A DNA stretch of 64,000 nt. Source: an uncultured Brevundimonas sp. (GTDB lineage: Bacteria; Pseudomonadota; Alphaproteobacteria; Caulobacterales; Caulobacteraceae). The notes below the pieces were generated by a model, which did not search any database, was not told the DNA's origin, and worked only from the letters and a program-made list of their open reading frames with translations. The stretch covers positions 19,764 through 83,763 of the forward strand of contig CAUQZC010000011.1 in NCBI GenBank assembly GCA_963522565.1, given 5' to 3'. Made by a program: the position numbers and the translations under genes. Shown in pieces: positions 38,194 to 53,800 of the stretch (within the stretch, counting starts at the first letter, position 1; each line of letters begins with the position of its first letter).

Positions 38194-39150
38194 ATGTCTT
38201 CCAGCCTGTTCACCACCCGCAGTTCAGTTTTCGCGCTGGCGACCCTGTGCTGCGCCCTGTGGGGCAGCGCCTTCCCGGCGATAAAGGCGGGGTTCGCCCT
38301 GCTGGCCGTGGCGCCGTCCGACATCGCCAGCCAGATGTTGTTCGCCGGATGGCGGTTCGCGCTGGCGGGGCTGATCCTGCTGGCGCTGGCGGCGGCGATG
38401 AAGAAGACAGTGTTGCGCCTGTCGATGGCCCAGTTCCGGCAGGTGGGCCTGTTGGGCCTGACCCAGACCACGATCCAGTATGTCTTCTTCTATACGGGCG
38501 TGGCCCATGCGACGGGCGCCAAGGCGTCGATCACCAATGCGACCACGACCTTCTTCAGCGTGCTGCTGGCCCATTTCATCTATGCCGACGACCGGCTGAG
38601 CGGGCGCAAGGCGCTGGGCTGCCTGACCGGTTTCGCCGGGGTCATGCTGGTCAATCTGGATCGGGCGGGGCCGAACGGTCTGGGTCTGGATTTCACCCTG
38701 CTGGGCGAAGGTTTCATCATCATCGCCGCCTTCGTGCTGGCCGCCGCCTCCATCTATGGCAAGCGGGTGTCGCGCACCCTGGACCCGATGGTGATGACCG
38801 GCTGGCAACTGACCATCGGCGGGGTTCTGCTGACGGCGATCGGTCTGGCGGGGGGCGGGCATCTGGCGGCGTTCGGCTGGGAGGCGATGCTGCTGTTGGC
38901 CTATATGGCGCTGCTGTCCTCGGCTGCATTTGCGATCTGGAGCCTGCTGTTGAAGCATAATCCGGTGGGGATGATCGCGGCCTTCAACTTCCAGATCCCG
39001 GTGTTCGGGGTGGCGCTGTCGGGCCTGTTCCTGGGCGAGAGCGTCCTGAAATGGAGCTATCTGGGCGCGCTGATTCTGGTGTGCGCGGGCATCTGGCTGG
39101 TGACCCGGACGCCGCGCGATGGGCCGTTAGCGCTCTCAAAGGCCGGATGA
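38194..39150 (+). CDS. DMT/EamA family transporter
   Basis: LWGSAFPAIK, about 10 TM segments. Confidence 0.9.
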   Translation: MSSSLFTTRSSVFALATLCCALWGSAFPAIKAGFALLAVAPSDIASQMLFAGWRFALAGLILLALAAAMKKTVLRLSMAQFRQVGLLGLTQTTIQYVFFYTGVAHATGAKASITNATTTFFSVLLAHFIYADDRLSGRKALGCLTGFAGVMLVNLDRAGPNGLGLDFTLLGEGFIIIAAFVLAAASIYGKRVSRTLDPMVMTGWQLTIGGVLLTAIGLAGGGHLAAFGWEAMLLLAYMALLSSAAFAIWSLLLKHNPVGMIAAFNFQIPVFGVALSGLFLGESVLKWSYLGALILVCAGIWLVTRTPRDGPLALSKAG

Positions 39151-39315
39151 ATTTCGCCCTGCGACGGAATGGCGGAGTTTGGTCACGTTTTGTTACGCGC
39201 GGCCTCGCCTTCGCGCTCGCAGCATTGTAGTCAGGGCGACCGCGCGCGGGACCATCCCGCCGCATCTTTACACGCGGGCTAACGGCCCGTCTGACCACGG
39301 CTCAGGGACTGCAAG

Positions 39316-41994
<2,679 letters not shown>

Positions 41995-42007
41995 GACTAT
42001 TGAAGCG

Positions 42008-42039
42008 CCCTCATCCTTGGGCAAGCTCATGGATGAGGG
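42008..42039. repeat. REP-like hairpin after ppdK
   Basis: CCCTCATCC...GGATGAGGG. Confidence 0.5.
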
Positions 42040-42052
42040 TTGGGAAATGAAG

Positions 42053-42084
42053 AAAGGGCGGTCTCCGGCGAGGCCGCCCTTTTT
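42053..42084 (+). terminator. Rho-independent terminator
   Basis: AAAGGGCGGTCTC-CGGC-GAGGCCGCCCTTT followed by TT. Confidence 0.8.
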
Positions 42085-42259
42085 CGCATCTGTCACAAAT
42101 TCGCCTCTCTTAGCAAAACGCCGTGTGTGTCTTCACTTCAACAGGCATTGATTGCTTTCTCGAGGCTCTGGAACAGATCAAGTCGCCACCTATTTAAGCA
42201 CTCGCTGGATGGGGCTGATGTTCCTTCGGTTCATCACATCTAGGAGTTAATAAGAAACA

Positions 42260-42787
42260 ATGCGTAACATTCTTCTTGCCGCTGTCGCCGTTTCCGCAAT
42301 CGCAGCACCTGCCTTTGCTCAAACCAATCCTGAGCCGCGTGGTTACGGATCGTTGGGCTATACTTATCTTGATGGTGATGCCGCAACGACTGGCGCCGTT
42401 ACGGGCCGCCTGGGCGTGAACATCAACCGTTACATCGGCGTCGAGACCGAAGCCTCGGTCGGCGTCAAAAAGGACGATGTGACGATCAACGGCGTCGATG
42501 GAAAGATCAAGCAGAGCTGGGACGCTGCAGGCTATGTGGTTGGCCGTGTGCCGGTGTCCAATAACCTGGAGCTGTTTGCGCGGGGTGGTTACGGCCATAC
42601 CGAACTGAAGCAGGACGTGCTGGGCGCCAAGTCCGACATTGGCGGCGACAGCTGGAACTATGGCGCTGGCGCCAACTATTTCGTGGATGGGGTGAACGGC
42701 GTCCGCGCCGACTGGACCCGTCGCGACTACCGCGATGATGGCGGCAAGGCCGACGCCTATTCGGTCAGCTACATCCGTCGCTTCTGA
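42260..42787 (+). CDS. Small outer-membrane beta-barrel protein (OmpA-like TM/porin family)
   Basis: AGGAG RBS, signal peptide, alternating beta strands, C-terminal YIRRF. Confidence 0.88.
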   Translation: MRNILLAAVAVSAIAAPAFAQTNPEPRGYGSLGYTYLDGDAATTGAVTGRLGVNINRYIGVETEASVGVKKDDVTINGVDGKIKQSWDAAGYVVGRVPVSNNLELFARGGYGHTELKQDVLGAKSDIGGDSWNYGAGANYFVDGVNGVRADWTRRDYRDDGGKADAYSVSYIRRF

Positions 42788-42808
42788 TTTTCAGCATCCG
42801 CTGACCAG

Positions 42809-42842
42809 AAAAAGGGCGCGCTCCGAAAGGGGCGCGCCTTTT
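42809..42842. terminator. Bidirectional terminator
   Basis: A-tract, GGCGCGCTCC-GAAA-GGGGCGCGCC, T-tract, between convergent genes. Confidence 0.85.
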
Positions 42843-42857
42843 GCATTCTGATGGATG

Positions 42858-43118
42858 TCACACCATCCCGCCTGCCAGGGCCCAGCGCTGCGAGCCTTCG
42901 CCGAACGGACGCACGAACATGTCGCGATACTGTTCGAAGGCCTCGATGATCTTCTGGCGCAGGTCCGTGGGATTCACAGCCTCGCCCCGTTGGCGCTTCA
43001 TGGCGGTGACGCAGTCAACCACCATATTCTGATGCGCCGACCCGCCCATGCTTTTCAGCACGGCGGCGATGTCCCGAGCCAGGCTTTCCAGGACGTATTT
43101 GGGCGTTGTCTGAGTCAT
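42858..43118 (-). CDS. Hypothetical small protein (possible winged helix)
   Basis: AAGGGAG RBS; 86 aa; helical with C-terminal GSQRWAL. Confidence 0.65.
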   Translation of the reverse strand: MTQTTPKYVLESLARDIAAVLKSMGGSAHQNMVVDCVTAMKRQRGEAVNPTDLRQKIIEAFEQYRDMFVRPFGEGSQRWALAGGMV

Positions 43119-43264
43119 GCGGGCGCTCCCCTTGTTCTCGACAGCGAAAGCCGTCGCAAAAACAGAACGCAGATTCAAGCTGCGCTGTGCATTTGTGATC
43201 ATGAAAGCGAATTAACCTGACATAACGACGGTCACAGGTTCTGGTTCTCTGGAGGGAGGACGAC

Positions 43265-44458
43265 ATGAACAATTTTGATCCGGCGGCGGCGACGGCCCAG
43301 TGGCTGGCGACCCTGTCGCCGCAGGAGACGGCACGGGCCGTGGCCTATACTCAAGGGTCGCACTGGCTGATCTTATGGAGTTTTCTGGTCGCCGCCCTTG
43401 TCGCCTGGATCATCGTGCGAACCAACTGGCTGGTGGTGATCCGCCGCCGGATCGAACGCAGCAAGCCCCGGCCCAATCTGGCGACCCTGGCGGTCGCGGC
43501 CGCCTATTTCGCCCTCGCCACGGTTCTGACCCTGCCGTGGTCCATCTATGAGAGTTGGTGGCGCGAGAAAGCCTATGGCCTGACCAGTCAGGCGTTTGGC
43601 GGCTGGCTGAGCGAGGCCCTTATCGGTGCAGTGATTTCCGTGCTGCTGTCGTCCCTGTTGCTGGTCGTGATCTATGCGCTGATCCGGCGGGCGCGGCGGT
43701 TGTGGTGGGCGTGGGGCGCGATGGTCACGGCCGTCTTCATCATCATCGGCCTGATCGCGTCGCCGATCCTGATCGAGCCGATCTTCAACACCTATACGCC
43801 TGCGCCGAATGGCCCAGTGCGTGACGCGGTGGTCGAACTGGCCAAGCAGACGGGCACGCCGTCGGACAAGATCTATATCTACAACGGCTCCAAACAGTCG
43901 GATCGCTACACCGCCAATGTGTCGGGACTGTTCGGCACTGCGCGCGTGGCCATGAGCGACACCATGTTCAAACAGGGCGCCGATCTGTCAGAGGTGCGCG
44001 GGGTGGTGGGCCATGAGATGGGCCATTACGTCCATGCCCATGTGCTGTGGATGGTCGGGGTTCTGGTCATCCTGGCCGGGCTGGCCTTCTGGCTGACCGA
44101 CCGGCTGTACCCGTTCGCACGGCGTCTTCTGGGCGCGCAGCGGGTGGGGGACATCTCCGATCCGGCGGGCCTGCCTGTGCTGGGTCTGGTGCTGGCCTTC
44201 CTGGGCGTTCTGGCCACGCCGGTCTTCGCGACCATGACCCGCACGATCGAGGAGGACGCCGACCATTTCTCGCTGGTTCACGCCAATGAGCCGGATGGTC
44301 TGGCCAAGGCGCTGGTGAAGACGGCGGAATATCGCGCGCCGTCGCCCTCGGCCATCGAGGAGTTTCTGTTCTACGATCACCCCAGCGTCGAGAACCGCGT
44401 GCGCCGGGCGATGGAGTGGAAGAAGGCCCACCCCGAGACGGGCAAGCCTGTTTCCTAG
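43265..44458 (+). CDS. M48 family metalloprotease (Ste24-like)
   Basis: HEMGH, EEDAD, YDHPS motifs; multiple TM segments. Confidence 0.93.
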   Translation: MNNFDPAAATAQWLATLSPQETARAVAYTQGSHWLILWSFLVAALVAWIIVRTNWLVVIRRRIERSKPRPNLATLAVAAAYFALATVLTLPWSIYESWWREKAYGLTSQAFGGWLSEALIGAVISVLLSSLLLVVIYALIRRARRLWWAWGAMVTAVFIIIGLIASPILIEPIFNTYTPAPNGPVRDAVVELAKQTGTPSDKIYIYNGSKQSDRYTANVSGLFGTARVAMSDTMFKQGADLSEVRGVVGHEMGHYVHAHVLWMVGVLVILAGLAFWLTDRLYPFARRLLGAQRVGDISDPAGLPVLGLVLAFLGVLATPVFATMTRTIEEDADHFSLVHANEPDGLAKALVKTAEYRAPSPSAIEEFLFYDHPSVENRVRRAMEWKKAHPETGKPVS

Positions 44459-44650
44459 GTTCAATCGACATTCAGCCGGTCGAACTGACCGTCATTCCGG
44501 GGCTGAGCGAAGCGAAGAACCTGAAACGCAGGGCTGCGGCGCCGGATTGCGAGCCTGCTGGGTTGGCTGCTACGCGCCGCCCTTCGGGTCCGGGTTCGTC
44601 CTGCGGACGCCCCGGAATGACGGTTTGGGGTGAATGTCGATCGCCCCTGG
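44455..44650. mobile_element. Family A element at M48 protease stop
   Basis: CTAGGTTCAATCGACATTCA...TGAATGTCGATCGCCCCTGG; CGTCATTCCGGGGC core; 25-nt insert. Confidence 0.85.
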
Positions 44651-44668
44651 CCCCTCTGGCGCAGTCGC

Positions 44669-45820
44669 TTAAGCGCGCTTGCGAACGAAGACGGCGCCGG
44701 CGGAATAGCCGGCGCCGAAGCTGCAGATCAGCCCCGTGTCGCCCGCCTCGAACCCGTCATTGTGCAGGTGGAAGGCGATGATCGATCCTGCCGACGAGGT
44801 GTTGGCGTAGTCGTCCAGGATGATGACGTTCTCATTCGTCGACGGTTCGCGACCCAGCACCTTCTTGCCGATCATGGTGTTCATGTTGATGTTGGCCTGG
44901 TGCAGCCACAGGCGCTTCAGACCCTTCGGGTCCAGCCCCAGTTCGTCGGCGTAGTCGACGATCATGTCCGACACCATCGGCACCACGTCGCGGAAGACCT
45001 TGCGGCCCTGCTGGATGAACAGCTTGTCGTTCTGAACGCTGTCGTCGGCGACAGTCGCGTCCAGATGTTCGGTGTCGCGCGCGGCCCGGTTCAGGAAGCC
45101 GAAATTGTTGCGGATGTTGTTGGAGAAGACCGTCTTAAGCCGCGCGCCCAATATGTCCCAGCCGCCCGGACCGGCGGCATCCGACGATTCCACGATTACA
45201 GCCGTCGCCACGTCGCCGAAGATGAAATGGCTGTCGCGGTCGGTGAAGTTCAGGTGGGCCGAGCAGACCTCGGGATTGACCATCAGCACCGCCTTGGCCG
45301 ATCCTGAGGCGATGAAGTCCGCCGCCGTCTTGATGCCGAAGGTCGCCGACGAACAGGCCACATTCATGTCGAAGGCGAAGCCCTCGATGCCCAAGGCCTG
45401 CTGCACCTCGATCGACAGGGCGGGATAGGCGCGCTCCATGTTGGAGGCGGCGCAAAGGACGGCGCCGATCTCGCTGACCGGCTTGCCCCAGGCGGCGATG
45501 GCTTCCTGTGCGGCCTTGACCGCGATCTCCGCTAGGATCGACAACTCCTCGTTGGCGCGTTCCGGCAGGTGCGGGGCCATGCGCTGCGGGTCGATGATGC
45601 CGGTCTTGTCCAGCACGAACCGGCTCTTGATGCCCGACGCCTTTTCGATGAAGGCGGATGAGGAATGGGTCTTGGCCTCAAGCTGGCCTGCCTCGATCTC
45701 ATCGGCGTGGCGTGCGTTCCACCCGTCGGCCCAGGCGTTGTAGCTGGCGACCAGTTCGTCGTTCGAGACGGATTGCTCTGGGGTGAAGAGGCCGGTGGCG
45801 GCGATGACGGCGTGGGGCAT
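44669..45820 (-). CDS. Beta-ketoacyl-ACP synthase III (FabH-like, long form)
   Basis: VACSSATF, FIFGD, HQAN, ANTSSAG, FGAG. Confidence 0.92.
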   Translation of the reverse strand: MPHAVIAATGLFTPEQSVSNDELVASYNAWADGWNARHADEIEAGQLEAKTHSSSAFIEKASGIKSRFVLDKTGIIDPQRMAPHLPERANEELSILAEIAVKAAQEAIAAWGKPVSEIGAVLCAASNMERAYPALSIEVQQALGIEGFAFDMNVACSSATFGIKTAADFIASGSAKAVLMVNPEVCSAHLNFTDRDSHFIFGDVATAVIVESSDAAGPGGWDILGARLKTVFSNNIRNNFGFLNRAARDTEHLDATVADDSVQNDKLFIQQGRKVFRDVVPMVSDMIVDYADELGLDPKGLKRLWLHQANINMNTMIGKKVLGREPSTNENVIILDDYANTSSAGSIIAFHLHNDGFEAGDTGLICSFGAGYSAGAVFVRKRA

Positions 45821-45930
45821 CTTTGTCTCTTGTTCCTATGGCGCGACCCGCTGGGCCTCGCTGCTTGAAGAGCCTGTTCGTGTCGCCCGGCCTCGGCGGT
45901 TTGAAGCAGAGCGTTTCCTATCTAAACCCG

Positions 45931-47985
<2,055 letters not shown>

Positions 47986-48037
47986 GGACGATCCGACGTG
48001 GTGGACGGCCAGCTTTAGGCCTGTTGGCGAAAGGCGG

Positions 48038-48176
48038 CTAGAGCCTGATGGTCTTAGTTGGAGCCGCTTCGCCGTTCCGACTGAAAGCTGAATCAGGCTC
48101 TCGCCAATACCTGGCGCCTGATTCACCGCTTCGATGAAATCGCGTAGCGGTTCCAGCTCAACGGATCAGGCTCCAG
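48038..48176. repeat. Inverted pair of 66-bp CIR-like palindromic elements (family B)
   Basis: CTAGAGCCTGAT...TGAATCAGGCTCTCG (48038-48103) and an inverted copy at 48111-48176; GANTC at 48090 and 48120. Confidence 0.7.
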
Positions 48177-48181
48177 GGGCT

Positions 48182-49012
48182 TCAGCCTGCGCGCGTCAGC
48201 AGGGTCTGCGCCTGTTCCAGATGCAGCCTTTCCGCCATCGCGCCATTGACGCGGATGGCGCCCAGTCTCTCGGCCTCTGGCGCTGCGAAGGCGGCGATGA
48301 TCGCGCGGGCCTGTTCGATCTCGGCCTCGGAGGGCGAGAAGGCGGCGTTGGCCGGGGCGATCTGCGACGGATGGATCAGGCTCTTGCCGTCGAACCCGTA
48401 CAACCGCCCTTGCGCCGCTTCCGCCGCCAGACCGTCGGCGTCCGCGATCTGGTTGAACACCCCGTCGATGGCCAGCAGGCCGTGGGTGCGGGCCGCGGCG
48501 ACCAGCAGGGCCAGCCAGGGCTTGAACGGCTCGCGATCCGGCGACGGGCCGGTCCCCAGCGCCTTGGCCAGATCATTGACCCCCAGCATCAGCCCGTCCA
48601 GCGCCCCGCCCGCCTCAGCGATCTCGGTCAGGGACAGCAGGGCGCGCGGCGTCTCGATCATGGCCCACAGGCGTGCGCCTTTGTCGATCTGGGCGGTGAT
48701 GGCGTGGACGGTCTCGGGCGTCTCGACCTTGGGCGCGACGATCAGGGATGCGCCTGCCGCCTTCAGGGCGCTCAGATCATCCAGGCCCCACGGCGTATCC
48801 AGTCCATTGATCCGCACGCCCAGACGCGGGCCGAAACCGCCTGACTGAACGGCGGCGACAGCGGCGGCGCGGGCTTCGCTTTTGGCCTCGGGCGCAACAG
48901 CGTCCTCAAGGTCCAGAATGGCGACGTCGCAGGTCAGGCTGCGGGCCTTCTCGACCGCACGGGCGTTGGAGGCGGGCAGGTACAGGACGCTGCGGACGCG
49001 GTCGGCGCGCAT
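48182..49012 (-). CDS. CitE/HpcH family CoA ester lyase
   Basis: RSVLYLPASN, ILDLEDAV, MIETP, GVNDL, GKSLIHPSQ. Confidence 0.92.
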   Translation of the reverse strand: MRADRVRSVLYLPASNARAVEKARSLTCDVAILDLEDAVAPEAKSEARAAAVAAVQSGGFGPRLGVRINGLDTPWGLDDLSALKAAGASLIVAPKVETPETVHAITAQIDKGARLWAMIETPRALLSLTEIAEAGGALDGLMLGVNDLAKALGTGPSPDREPFKPWLALLVAAARTHGLLAIDGVFNQIADADGLAAEAAQGRLYGFDGKSLIHPSQIAPANAAFSPSEAEIEQARAIIAAFAAPEAERLGAIRVNGAMAERLHLEQAQTLLTRAG

Positions 49013-49689
49013 CAGACCCGCCCCGTCACGGGCACCAGGGCGCCGGTCATGGCCCGGCTCTCGGGCGAGGCCAGGAACAGGATGACCGCCGCCAGATCGG
49101 CGGGCGCCACCCATGCGGTGCGATCAGCCTCGGGCATATCCTTGCGGTTCGCCGGCGTGTCGATGATCGAGGGCAGGACGGCGTTGACGGTGACGCGGGT
49201 GGGTTTCAACTCTTCGGCCAAGGCCTGGGTCAGGGCGTGGACTCCGGCCTTGGACGCGCCATAGGCCCCCATGCCCGCCCCGGCCTTCAGAGCCGCCGCC
49301 GACCCGATGTTGACGATGCGGCCTTCGTCAGACGCCTTCAGATAGGGCAAGGCGGCGCGGCTGGCGTTCAGGGCGGTGGAGACGTTCAGCGCCTGCATCC
49401 GGTCCCAGGCGGGGGCCGGATCATCGACGGTCTGCCAGACGAAGCCGCCAGCGATGTTCAAAAGGGCGTCCAGCCGGCCAAAGCGGCTGATGACGCCCGT
49501 CATGGCCGCCTCTGCCTGTCTGGCGTCGGTCAGGTCGACGCCGCCCAGGGCCAGCACGCCCTGCGGCGCGGGATGGCCCTGACCCCGGTCGATGACGGCG
49601 ATCCGCAGTCCGGCCTCACGGGCGGCGCTCAGAACCGCCTGGCCCAGCGCGCCGCGCGCGCCTGTGATCGCAATCACCCGTTCCGACAT
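49012..49689 (-). CDS. Short-chain dehydrogenase/reductase
   Basis: ITGARGALG, YGASK, NAVLPSIIDT. Confidence 0.9.
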   Translation of the reverse strand: MSERVIAITGARGALGQAVLSAAREAGLRIAVIDRGQGHPAPQGVLALGGVDLTDARQAEAAMTGVISRFGRLDALLNIAGGFVWQTVDDPAPAWDRMQALNVSTALNASRAALPYLKASDEGRIVNIGSAAALKAGAGMGAYGASKAGVHALTQALAEELKPTRVTVNAVLPSIIDTPANRKDMPEADRTAWVAPADLAAVILFLASPESRAMTGALVPVTGRV

Positions 49690-49724
49690 TTCGTTCTCCA
49701 TCATCGCACGACCATAGAGCCGGA

Positions 49725-50222
49725 TCAGCTGGCGGCGAAGACCCTCGACATCAGACGCTCCAGCGCGGCCTGATCCTGTGCGTCGAAGGCGGCCCTTGAC
49801 GTGGCGTCCACGTCGAACACGCCGATCAGGGCGCCTGACGCATTGCGCACCGGCACGACGATCTCGCTTTCGGAGCGGCTGTCGCAGGCGATATGGCCGG
49901 GGAAGGCATGGACGTCCTCGACGATCTGGGTCGCGCCCGTCGCCGCCGCCGCGCCGCACACGCCGCGTCCGAAGGCGATCCGCAGGCAGCCCAGCGTGCC
50001 CTGATACGGCCCGACAACCAGTTCATCCGTCTTGTGAGGATCGACGACATAGAAGCCGGTCCAGAAGAAATGCTCAAAGGCGTCCGCCAGCATGGACGAC
50101 ACCGTGGCCATCCGCGCCGTCACATTCGTCTCGCCCTCCAGGACGGCGAGGATCTCGTCCTCGACCTCGGCATAGCGGGCGGCCTTGTCGGCTGGGCGGT
50201 CGTCACGGGCGACATAGGCCAT
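49725..50222 (-). CDS. msrC: GAF-domain free methionine-R-sulfoxide reductase
   Basis: WTGFY, GPYQG..GCLRI.FGRGVCG, HAFPGHIACD, SEIVVP. Confidence 0.85.
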   Translation of the reverse strand: MAYVARDDRPADKAARYAEVEDEILAVLEGETNVTARMATVSSMLADAFEHFFWTGFYVVDPHKTDELVVGPYQGTLGCLRIAFGRGVCGAAAATGATQIVEDVHAFPGHIACDSRSESEIVVPVRNASGALIGVFDVDATSRAAFDAQDQAALERLMSRVFAAS

Positions 50223-50336
50223 CGAAAACTCCTTCAACGCGCGGCGATATAGGCCGGACGCACAGACGAAGCGAGAGGCGACGCGACCCGATGCGTGGCG
50301 CTGGGCCCGCAACGGTCAGTGAGGTCGCGGGGGGCT

Positions 50337-50489
50337 CTAGAACCGGCCCTCGGCCTTGGAGCGGGCGCGGTTGGCGGCGCGTTCCTTGCGGCGCTGGCGG
50401 CGAGCGGACAGTTTCAGGCGGTCGTCAATCAGCAGGAAGGCGAGAACCGCGCTGGCCGTTACGACAAATCCGATCGCCAAAATAAGCAC
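50337..50489 (-). CDS. Small single-pass membrane protein with basic tail (50 aa)
   Basis: GGAG RBS and GTG start; LILAIGFVVTASAVLAFLL then RRQRRKER. Confidence 0.55.
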   Translation of the reverse strand: MLILAIGFVVTASAVLAFLLIDDRLKLSARRQRRKERAANRARSKAEGRF

Positions 50490-50813
50490 GCACGCTCCGA
50501 AGACGGTTTCTTTGAACAGGGTGGCGCGATCCGAGAACCGACAGAGATTTCGCTGTTTGCGACAACGCGCCAGAGACTGGGCGCGGGTGTTAACCACTCG
50601 TGAGATGAAACTCAACTTCGCGGTTGGGTAGTGGCGGCGGGCAAGGATGGCAAGCGCATGATCCGCCTGTGTTCGGACAATCGTGCATGGTCTTAGGCGG
50701 GCGGGCTTCAGGTCAGTTGCCGGGGGGAGGGCGTCAGGCCCACATCCCGCCGTTCTTCGCTTCTATGCGGCAAATTGACGCGCAATCATGCGCGACCGCT
50801 CTGTAGATGCCGC

Positions 50814-53800
50814 ATGTCTGATCCCTCGCGTTCTGATCATCAGGAACCATCCGTTTTTCTTGATGCGACGGGGCGGCGCGCGCGGCGGCTGCGGTGGACG
50901 GCGGTGGCGGCGGCTTGTCTGGCCACCCTGGTGCTGGTCAGCTTCATCGCCAGTCTGGTGATTCTGCCGCGTCTGACGGGGATGTCGTTCACCGCCCCGG
51001 CGCAGACCGCCTTTGCGCGGCACCTGCATGGGGCCGAACACGCCCTGTTGCGCCACATCGCCGTTGAGGATCGCCGCAAAGCGCCGGCCGCAGCAGGGCC
51101 GGACGCCGCGATCGCGGGCGCCTGGTTCGCGCCGTGGGAGGACGGGGCGCTGGATTCCTTCGTGCGCCACGCCAAGAGCCTGACCCACGTCTATCCCACC
51201 TGGATTCAGGTTCGGCCGGATGGGCAGGACATCCTGACGACGGACTGGAATCCCCGGACCAGCCCCACCACCAACGCCCTGGTCGCGGCGGCCCGCAAGA
51301 ACGGGGTCCGCATCGTCCCCGTCGTCAGCAACGCCACGGAAGGCAGGTTCGACAGCGACCGGATCGAACAGATGCTGGCCCCCGGCAACAGCCAGCGCGT
51401 CATGGATCGCCTGGTCAGCTTTGTGCAGACCAATCAGTTCGCAGGCCTCCAGATCGACTTCGAACTGATGACGCCCAGCCAGATCGCGCGCCTGACGCCG
51501 TGGCTGGCCCAGTTGCGCAGACGCCTGAACGACCAGGGTGGAGAGCTGTCCATCACGCTGGAGGTCGGCATGAGCGATCATGACATCAAGGTGCTGGCCG
51601 ATGTCGTCGATTACGCCGCCATCATGGCCTATGACGAGCATGGCGAGGACAGCCATCCGGGGCCGATCTCGTCCATCGGCTTTGTGGACGCGGCGCTGGA
51701 GCGGTTCACGCGCCTGGTTCCGGCGAATCGGCTGGTGCTGGGCGTCGGCGTCTATGCCTATGACTGGCGCGATGACGGGTCGGCGGCGGAATCCCTGACG
51801 ACCACCGCGGCCCTGGCGGCGGCCCGCGGCTATCGGCCCGACGACGATCCGGCCAAGGTCATGGATTTTGACGACAAGGCCCTGCAGCCGACCTTCCGCT
51901 ACACCGACGATCAGGGGATCAAGCACGAGGTCTGGCTGCAGGATGCGACATCCGTGGCCAACGCCATGACCATCAGCCGGGGCAGGGGGCTGCGCGGCGC
52001 CGCCCTGTGGGCCCTGGGCGAGGAAGACCCGGCCACCTGGCGGATATTCGGCCGCAGCGCCGCACCGCAGGGCCAGCTGTCATCGGCCCTGTCCGACGTG
52101 ACCCTGAAGCAGCAGATCACCTTTACCGGCAAGGGCGAGCTGTTGAACGTCATCGACACCCCGCACCCCGGCCAGCGCAGCGTCGAGGTCGATCCGACCA
52201 GCGGTCTGATCGTCGACGAGGTGTGGAAGCGCTGGCCCTCGGCCTGGACCGTGCGGCGCACCGGCGCGCCTGACCACACCCTGGCCCTGACCTTTGACGA
52301 CGGGCCCGATCCTGAGTGGACGCCCAAGGTTCTGGACATCCTGAAGGCCAAGGGCGTCAAGGCGACCTTCTTCATGATCGGCGGCAATGCGGCGGCCAAT
52401 CCCGGCCTGGTGCGGCGCGTCCGCGCCGAGGGGCACGAGATCGGCAACCACTCCTTCACCCACCCCAACATGGCCCATGTCGATGACAAGCGCGTGCAAC
52501 TGGAGCTGACGGCGACGGACCGGGCGCTGGAGAGCATCCTGCATCGCCAGATCACCCTGTTCCGCCCGCCCTATAATGCGGATTCGGAGCCGCAGTCGTA
52601 TGGCGAAATCCTGCCGATCGCTGTGGCGTCGCGGCTGGGCTACACCACGGCGGGCGAGTCCATCGACCCCAATGACTGGAACCTGACGCGCATCGGGCCG
52701 GACGGCGAACCGCGCCGTCTCCAGCCCCAGCAGATCATTGATGACGTTCTGGCCCAGGCGGACGCCGGGCACGCCGTGCTGCTGCACGATGCGGGCGGGG
52801 ATCGGTCGGCGACGGTCGCGGCCCTGCCTGCGCTGATCGACGCCCTGCGCGCGCGCGGCTATCAACTGACGACCATCGGCGGGCTGGTCGGGCGCACGCC
52901 GGATCAGACCATGCCGCCCCTGCCGGCGAACGAGAGGTCGCTGATCGCGGCGGACTCGGCGGCCTTCGGTTTCTCGCACTTCATGGGGGTGGTGCTGTTC
53001 TGGGGCTTCACCCTGGCGATTGCGCTGGGTCTGGCGCGGATCGTGCTGATGCTGGCCCTGGCCTCGCGCCGACGCCGCCGTCCGCCCGAACAGGTTGAGG
53101 GCGCCGTCCCGCCCCGGATCGACGTGCTGGTCGCCGCCTATAACGAAGAGACGGTCATCAACCGCACCCTGTCCAGCCTGTTGGCCTGCACAGGCGTGGA
53201 TGTGCGGGTCATCGTCATCGACGACGGATCGACGGACGGCACCCTGCAGGCGGTGGAATCCGCCTATGGCGCCGATCCGCGCGTGCTGATCCGCACCAAG
53301 CCGAACGGCGGCAAGGCCTCGGCCCTGAACCTGGCCCTGACGCAGGCGACGGCGCCGGTCGTGGTGGGGGTGGACGCCGACACCCAGCTGTCCATCGACG
53401 CCCTGGCGCGGCTGGCCGCCTGGTTCGTCGATCCCGCCATCGGCGCGGTGGCGGGCAATGTGAAGGTGGGCAACCGTCGCGGTCTGGTGACGCGTTGGCA
53501 GTCGATCGAATACATCACCAGCCAGAACATCGACCGCCGGGCGCTGGCCCTGCTGAACGCCGTCACCGTGGTGCCGGGCGCCATCGGCGCATGGCGCACC
53601 GAGGGGCTGAAGGCGCTGGGCGGCTATCGCTCCGACACCCTGGCCGAGGACATGGACCTGACGTGGCGGGTGCGCGAGGCGGGCTGGGTCATCGCCAATG
53701 AGCCGGAGGCCCTGGCCTTCACCGAGGCGCCGTCCGGGCTGAACGGCCTGCTTAAACAGCGTTTCCGCTGGAGCTTCGGCACCCTGCAATGCCTGTGGAA

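Noticed and set aside
43212..43226. Full CtrA box
   Set aside because: TTAA-N6-ATAA does not fit TTAA-N7-TTAA; at best a half-site.
47986..48126. N-terminal extension of KpsC
   Set aside because: Runs through palindromic repeats; probably non-coding.
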